A stretch of DNA of 41,819 nucleotides from a virus. Taxonomy: Duplodnaviria; Heunggongvirae; Uroviricota; Caudoviricetes. The first letter of the stretch is position 1; every line of letters starts with the position of its first letter. Of the stretch, positions 36,825 to 41,819 are shown piece after piece. The translations under genes and the position numbers were made by a program. Location of the stretch: IMG/VR virus record IMGVR_UViG_2579779007_000006, positions 1 to 41,819 of that record; one strand, 5' to 3'. Below the pieces are notes generated by a model. The model was not told the origin of the DNA. It worked only from the letters and a program-made list of their open reading frames with translations, and ran no database searches.

Positions 36825-37649
36825 ATGTCTCAGAACTTAGACGCAACCGCAATTAATCAAATCCATGCCCTTATTTCTGCTCAGGGTGTTAATGAAATTA
36901 TCAGTAAGATTGGTGCCGATGCTGTGGCATTGCCTGAGAATTTCCGCATTCATGATCTGGAAAAATTTAATTTAAATCGCTTCCGTTTCCGTGGTGCGCT
37001 TTCCACTGCCAGCATCGATGACTTTTCCCGTTATTCTAAAGATCTTGCAGATGAAGGCACCCGCTGCTTTATCGATGCTGATAATATGCGTGCCGTCAGT
37101 GTGCTTAACCTGGGTACTATTGATGAACCAGGTCACGCAGATAACACCGCCACACTCAAACTGAAAAAGACAGCACCGTTCTCTGCTCTGTTGTCTGTTA
37201 ACGGCGAGCGTAACTCCCAGAAGTCACTGGCAGAATGGATTGAAGACTGGGCCGACTATCTTGTGGGCTTTGATGCTAATGGTGACGCTATTCAGGCAAC
37301 AAAAGCGGCTGCGGCTGTCCGTAAAATCACGATTGAAGCAAACCAGACCGCTGATTTTGAAGATAATGACTTCAGCGGCAAACGCTCCCTGATGGAGTCT
37401 GTCGAAGCGAAGACCAAAGACATTATGCCAGTGGCATTTGAATTTAAATGCGTTCCGTTTGAAGGTCTGAAAGAACGTCCGTTTAAATTACGCCTCAGTA
37501 TTATCACTGGCGATCGTCCTGTACTGGTTCTGCGCATTATTCAGCTGGAGGCGGTGCAGGAAGAAATGGCTAACGAATTTCGTGATCTGCTTGTTGAGAA
37601 ATTCAAGGACAGCAAAGTAGAAACCTTTATTGGTACTTTCACCGCCTGA
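36825..37649 (+). CDS. YfdQ-like prophage protein
   Basis: 274 aa; resembles the CPS-53 YfdQ family as recalled. Confidence 0.65.
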   Translation: MSQNLDATAINQIHALISAQGVNEIISKIGADAVALPENFRIHDLEKFNLNRFRFRGALSTASIDDFSRYSKDLADEGTRCFIDADNMRAVSVLNLGTIDEPGHADNTATLKLKKTAPFSALLSVNGERNSQKSLAEWIEDWADYLVGFDANGDAIQATKAAAAVRKITIEANQTADFEDNDFSGKRSLMESVEAKTKDIMPVAFEFKCVPFEGLKERPFKLRLSIITGDRPVLVLRIIQLEAVQEEMANEFRDLLVEKFKDSKVETFIGTFTA

Positions 37650-37776
37650 TTTCATTACTGCAAATGCCCCTGCGGGGGCATTTATGGAAACGTAATTTAC
37701 TCAATAATCGCAGGATGGTGAGGGATTCTTTTTACCAGAATTCAGCGCGGTGCAGCGCATATACGTGGAGAACAAA

Positions 37777-38313
37777 ATGTCATTTATTAAAACTTTTTCC
37801 GGGAAGCATTTTTATTATGACAGGATAAATAAAGACGACATCGATATTAACGATATCGCGGTTTCCCTTTCAAATATCTGTCGCTTTGCCGGTCATCTTT
37901 CGCACTTCTACAGCGTCGCCCAACATGCGGTTCTTTGCAGCCAGCTGGTGCCGCAGGAATTTGCTTTTGAAGCGTTAATGCATGATGCAACAGAAGCGTA
38001 TTGCCAGGACATTCCCGCACCACTGAAACGCCTTCTTCCTGACTATAAACAAATGGAAGAAAAAATAGACGCCGTAATCCGTGAGAAATACGGGTTACCC
38101 CCAGTTATGAGTACGCCCGTGAAATATGCCGATCTCATCATGCTGGCAACCGAACGCCGCGATCTCGGGCTTGATGATGGCTCTTTCTGGCCTGTACTGG
38201 AAGGTATCCCGGCAACAGAGATGTTCAACGTGATTCCACTGGCACCGGGCCATGCCTACGGGATGTTTATGGAACGCTTTAACGAGTTATCGGAGTTACG
38301 CAAATGCGCATGA
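37777..38313 (+). CDS. HD-domain phosphohydrolase (YfdR-like)
   Basis: H...HD metal-binding motifs (HFYSVAQHAVL, MHDATEAY); start at MSFIKTF with a GGAG ribosome-binding site. Confidence 0.7.
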   Translation: MSFIKTFSGKHFYYDRINKDDIDINDIAVSLSNICRFAGHLSHFYSVAQHAVLCSQLVPQEFAFEALMHDATEAYCQDIPAPLKRLLPDYKQMEEKIDAVIREKYGLPPVMSTPVKYADLIMLATERRDLGLDDGSFWPVLEGIPATEMFNVIPLAPGHAYGMFMERFNELSELRKCA

Positions 38314-38666
38314 ATGTTTTCGAAATGGAAGGGTTTCTTCGTGGGAGATGTGTACCGCGAGATCTGAAAGTAAATGAAACAGATGCTGAATACCTGGTGC
38401 GTAAATTCGATGCGCTTGAAGCTAAATGTGCAGCACAGGAAAACAAAGTAATACCAGTGTCAACTGAACTGCCACCAGCAAATGAAAGTGTTTTGTTATT
38501 CGATGCTAACGGAGAAGGCTGGCTAATTGGCTGGCGTTCTCTCTGGTACACCTGGGGACAAAAAGAAACCGGAGAATGGCAGTGGACATTTCAGGTCGGG
38601 GACCTTGAAAACGTCAATATCACTCACTGGGCAGTAATGCCAAAAGCACCGGAGGCTGGAGCATAA
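38304..38666 (+). CDS. DUF551-like protein (YfdS-like)
   Basis: 120 aa; C-terminal Trp-rich region (WRSLWYTWGQKETGEWQW...HWAVMP). Confidence 0.55.
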   Translation: MRMNVFEMEGFLRGRCVPRDLKVNETDAEYLVRKFDALEAKCAAQENKVIPVSTELPPANESVLLFDANGEGWLIGWRSLWYTWGQKETGEWQWTFQVGDLENVNITHWAVMPKAPEAGA

Positions 38667-38971
38667 TGACCACTTTTACCGACAAAGAACTGATTAAAGA
38701 AATTAAAGAGCGTATCAGCAGCCTTGACGTGCGAGACGATATTGAGCGCCGTGCTTATGAAATCGCACTCCTATCTCTGGAAGTAGAACCAGATGAACGC
38801 GAAGCTTATGAATTATTCATGGAAAAGCGTTTCGGTGACTTAGTAGATCGTCGGAGAGCAAAAAACGGCGATAACGAATACATGGAATGGGATATGACTC
38901 TCGGTTGGATCGTCTGGCAGCAACGAGCTGGTATCCATTTTTCAACAATGTCACAGCAAGAGGTGAAATAA
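38666..38971 (+). CDS. hypothetical early protein (YfdT/Ea-like)
   Basis: 101 aa, translationally coupled to its neighbours, immediately upstream of xis. Confidence 0.5.
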   Translation: MTTFTDKELIKEIKERISSLDVRDDIERRAYEIALLSLEVEPDEREAYELFMEKRFGDLVDRRRAKNGDNEYMEWDMTLGWIVWQQRAGIHFSTMSQQEVK

Positions 38972-39321
38972 TGGAGCCATACAGCCTCACACTCGATGAG
39001 GCCTGTCATTTTCTCAAGATATCCAGACCGACTGCCATTAACTGGATACGCACAGGGCGTCTTCAGGCAACACGCAAAGATCCCACTAAGAATAAATCTC
39101 CTTACCTCACAACACGACAAGCCTGCATTGCGGCTCTTCAGTCTCCGCTGCATACTGTCCAGGTGAGCGCGGGTGATGGCATAACAGAGGAAAGAAAATG
39201 TCACTCTTCCGCAGAGGTGAAATATGGTACGCCAGTTTCACATTGCCGAACGGTAAAAGATTTAAACAGTCTCTTGGAACAAAGGACAAAAGGCAGGCGA
39301 CAGAACTCCATGACAAGCTAA
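38971..39321 (+). CDS. xis: excisionase
   Basis: 116 aa ([36 protein letters not shown]) closely matching P22 Xis as recalled; 3' end overlaps int. Confidence 0.85.
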   Translation: MEPYSLTLDEACHFLKISRPTAINWIRTGRLQATRKDPTKNKSPYLTTRQACIAALQSPLHTVQVSAGDGITEERKCHSSAEVKYGTPVSHCRTVKDLNSLLEQRTKGRRQNSMTS

Positions 39322-40361
39322 AGGCTGAAGCATGGCGGGTCAGCAAACTTGGTGAAATACCTGATATAACGTTCGAGGAAGCGTGTGTCAGGTGGCTTGA
39401 AGAGAAAGCACATAAAAAATCACTGGACGATGACAAAAGCCGGATCGGATTCTGGCTTCAACATTTCGCAGGAATGCAACTAAGAGACATTACTGAATCA
39501 AAAATTTATTCAGCAATGCAGAAAATGACGAACCGGCGTCATGAGGAAAACTGGAAACTCAGGGCAGAAGCATGCAGAAAAAAAGGGAAACCTGTTCCAG
39601 AATACACGCCAAAACCAGCGTCCGTTGCAACGAAGGCTACGCATCTTTCATTTATAAAGGCCCTACTAAGAGCCGCAGAGCGTGAATGGAAAATGCTGGA
39701 TAAGGCACCAATTATTAAAGTGCCTCAACCAAAGAATAAACGGATCCGCTGGCTGGAGCCCCATGAAGCACAAAGGCTGATTGATGAATGTCCGGAGCCA
39801 TTAAAGTCTGTTGTTGAATTTGCACTGGCAACAGGCTTAAGACGCTCGAACATCATCAACCTTGAATGGCAACAAATAGATATGCAGCGCCGGGTGGCAT
39901 GGATAAACCCGGAAGAGAGTAAATCAAACCGCGCAATTGGCGTTGCGCTGAATGATACTGCATGTCGCGTATTGAAAAAACAAATCGGGAATCATCACCG
40001 TTGGGTATTTGTGTACAAGGAAAGCTGTACCAAACCAGACGGAACGAAAGCGCCAACAGTAAGGAAGATGCGGTATGACGCAAACACAGCCTGGAAAGCG
40101 GCGCTGAGACGGGCTGGTATTGATGATTTCAGATTTCACGACTTGAGACACACCTGGGCAAGTTGGCTGGTTCAAGCCGGAGTCCCGTTGTCAGTTTTAC
40201 AGGAAATGGGAGGCTGGGAGTCTATCGAAATGGTTCGTCGATATGCTCACCTTGCACCTAATCACCTTACCGAACACGCACGGCAAATAGACTCGATCCT
40301 GAACCCATCGGTCCCAAATTTGTCCCAGTCAAAAAATAAGGAAGGTACTAATGATGTGTAA
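39198..40361 (+). CDS. int: tyrosine integrase, P22 Int-like
   Basis: 387 aa beginning [47 protein letters not shown] with the catalytic R...HDLRHTWAS...Y region, ending 14 nt from the tRNA 3' end. Confidence 0.95.
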   Translation: MSLFRRGEIWYASFTLPNGKRFKQSLGTKDKRQATELHDKLKAEAWRVSKLGEIPDITFEEACVRWLEEKAHKKSLDDDKSRIGFWLQHFAGMQLRDITESKIYSAMQKMTNRRHEENWKLRAEACRKKGKPVPEYTPKPASVATKATHLSFIKALLRAAEREWKMLDKAPIIKVPQPKNKRIRWLEPHEAQRLIDECPEPLKSVVEFALATGLRRSNIINLEWQQIDMQRRVAWINPEESKSNRAIGVALNDTACRVLKKQIGNHHRWVFVYKESCTKPDGTKAPTVRKMRYDANTAWKAALRRAGIDDFRFHDLRHTWASWLVQAGVPLSVLQEMGGWESIEMVRRYAHLAPNHLTEHARQIDSILNPSVPNLSQSKNKEGTNDV

Positions 40362-40375
40362 CTTATTGATTTTAA

Positions 40376-40451
40376 TGGTGCCGATAATAGGAGTCGAACC
40401 TACGACCTTCGCATTACGAATGCGCTGCTCTACCAACTGAGCTATATCGGC
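40376..40451 (-). tRNA. thrW: tRNA-Thr (anticodon CGU)
   Basis: The reverse complement reads GCCGATATAGCTCAGTTGGTAGAGCAGCGCATTCGTAATGCG...GGTTCGACTCCTATTATCGGCACCA, a canonical cloverleaf with a CGT anticodon. Confidence 0.95.
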
Positions 40452-40565
40452 CCTGAAAGGACATGTTCACGAACGTGAATCACGGTGGACAAGGTTAAAA
40501 CTAACCGGGCGATGCGTCAATGGCCTTGTGAATCAAATGGCTACTTTTGCATCACCCGGTTTTAT

Positions 40566-41819
40566 TTACGCACGAATGGTGTAATCACCAATGCCGATCC
40601 ACTTGTAAGTGGTCAGCGCTTCCAGCCCCATTGGGCCACGCGCGTGGAGTTTTTGTGTGCTTACCGCCACTTCCGCGCCCAGTCCAAACTGGCCGCCGTC
40701 GGTAAAACGCGTAGAGGCGTTAACGTAAACAGCGGACGAATCCACTTCGTTAACAAAACGCTGGGCGTTGCGCATATCGCGGGTCAGGATCGCATCGGAG
40801 TGTTGCGTGCCGTGTTCACGAATATGGGCGATGGCATCGTCAAGATCGCTGACGATTTTGACGTTCAAATCTAATGACAGAAACTCATCGTCATACTCTT
40901 CGGCTTTAACCGCCACCACCTTCGCAGGGCCTGTCTGCAACTGCGCCAGCGCAGCTGCATCTGCGTGTAATGTCACGCCGCTTTCCGCCATTTGTTTGCT
41001 TAATGCGGGCAGGAAGCTATCTGCTATGTTTTTATTTACCAGCAACGTTTCAACCGTATTACATGTGCTCGGACGCTGGGTTTTCGCGTTGACGATTACT
41101 TTCAGGGCTTCAGCGATCTCTGCACTTTCATCAACATAAATATGGCATACGCCTATACCACCTGTGATCACCGGGATCGTCGACTGTTCGCGGCACAGTT
41201 TATGCAGGCCAGCGCCACCACGCGGGATCAGCATGTCGATGTATTTATCCATACGCAGCATTTCACTGACCAGCGCACGGTCAGGATTATCAATCGCCTG
41301 CACGGCACCCGCCGGTAAGCCACAGGATTTCAGGGCGTCCTGAATCACCGCCACCGTTGCCGCGTTAGTGCGACAGGTTTCTTTGCCACCACGCAGGATC
41401 ACCGCATTACCGGTTTTCAGGCACAGCGAAGCGACATCAACCGTCACGTTCGGGCGCGCTTCATAAATCACGCCAATAACCCCCAGCGGTACGCGACGAC
41501 GCTCAAGACGCAGGCCGCTGTCCAGTACGCCGCCATCGATTACCTGCCCCACCGGGTCGGCGAGGTTGCACACCTGACGTACATCGTCGGCAATGCCTTT
41601 CAGCCGTGCGGGCGTCAGTGCCAGACGGTCAAGCATCGCTTCGCTAAGGCCATTGGCTCGCGCGTCAGCAACATCCTGGGCGTTAGCGTTGAGGATGATT
41701 TCGCTTTGTGCTTCCAGTTCATCGGCGATTTTTTCCAGCACGCGATTTTTTTCGCGGCTGGAGAGTTGCGCTAATTTATACGAGGCTTGCTTCGCGGCAA
41801 TGCCCATTTGTTCCAGCAT
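40566..41819 (-). CDS. proA: gamma-glutamyl phosphate reductase
   Basis: 417-aa translation matches enterobacterial ProA over its whole length ([30 protein letters not shown]...). Confidence 0.97.
   Translation of the reverse strand: MLEQMGIAAKQASYKLAQLSSREKNRVLEKIADELEAQSEIILNANAQDVADARANGLSEAMLDRLALTPARLKGIADDVRQVCNLADPVGQVIDGGVLDSGLRLERRRVPLGVIGVIYEARPNVTVDVASLCLKTGNAVILRGGKETCRTNAATVAVIQDALKSCGLPAGAVQAIDNPDRALVSEMLRMDKYIDMLIPRGGAGLHKLCREQSTIPVITGGIGVCHIYVDESAEIAEALKVIVNAKTQRPSTCNTVETLLVNKNIADSFLPALSKQMAESGVTLHADAAALAQLQTGPAKVVAVKAEEYDDEFLSLDLNVKIVSDLDDAIAHIREHGTQHSDAILTRDMRNAQRFVNEVDSSAVYVNASTRFTDGGQFGLGAEVAVSTQKLHARGPMGLEALTTYKWIGIGDYTIRA

Noticed and set aside
1-41819. CRISPR arrays, IS elements/transposases, rRNA genes
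   Set aside because: No regularly spaced short direct repeats, no transposase-like ORFs with terminal inverted repeats, and no rRNA-like sequence found on reading through the window.

Overview
This window is almost entirely a mosaic lambdoid-type prophage integrated at the 3' end of a tRNA-Thr gene (thrW-like, 40376..40451, minus) next to a complete proA (40566..41819, minus). Its left attachment site (attL) was not found, so the left boundary probably lies beyond position 1. From right to left: a P22-like int/xis pair; an early-left block of yfdP/Q/R/S/T-like genes; an immunity region (CI-like repressor on plus, Cro/YdaS-like on minus, with shared operator-like repeats on both sides of cI); a replication/nin-like block (O-like initiator with internal iterons, Dam-like methyltransferase, LexA-like DNA-binding protein, RusA, KilA-N, DUF968, antiterminator Q); a lysis cassette (holin, lambda R-type endolysin, Rz/Rz1); and a late structural operon with HK97-type head genes (HNH, TerS, TerL, portal, protease, capsid) joined to a Mu-type contractile tail (sheath, tube, frameshifted chaperone, tape measure, baseplate). 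It ends in an e14/Mu-style invertible tail-fibre segment whose serine invertase is truncated to a 42-codon stub. Several AT-rich accessory insertions with no recognisable function sit at classic moron positions. The strongest candidates for an undescribed system are (i) a three-gene plus-strand cassette with its own terminator between Q and the holin (25464..27218), and (ii) a repeat-plus-BRCT-like protein between cI and OL/PL (34160..35050), followed by (iii) a convergent pair of unknowns in the early-left operon. A GmrSD-like DUF262/DUF1524 enzyme and a Cys-rich protein lie at the left end beside the dead invertase. All assignments are from reading the translations and sequence by eye; no database search was run.
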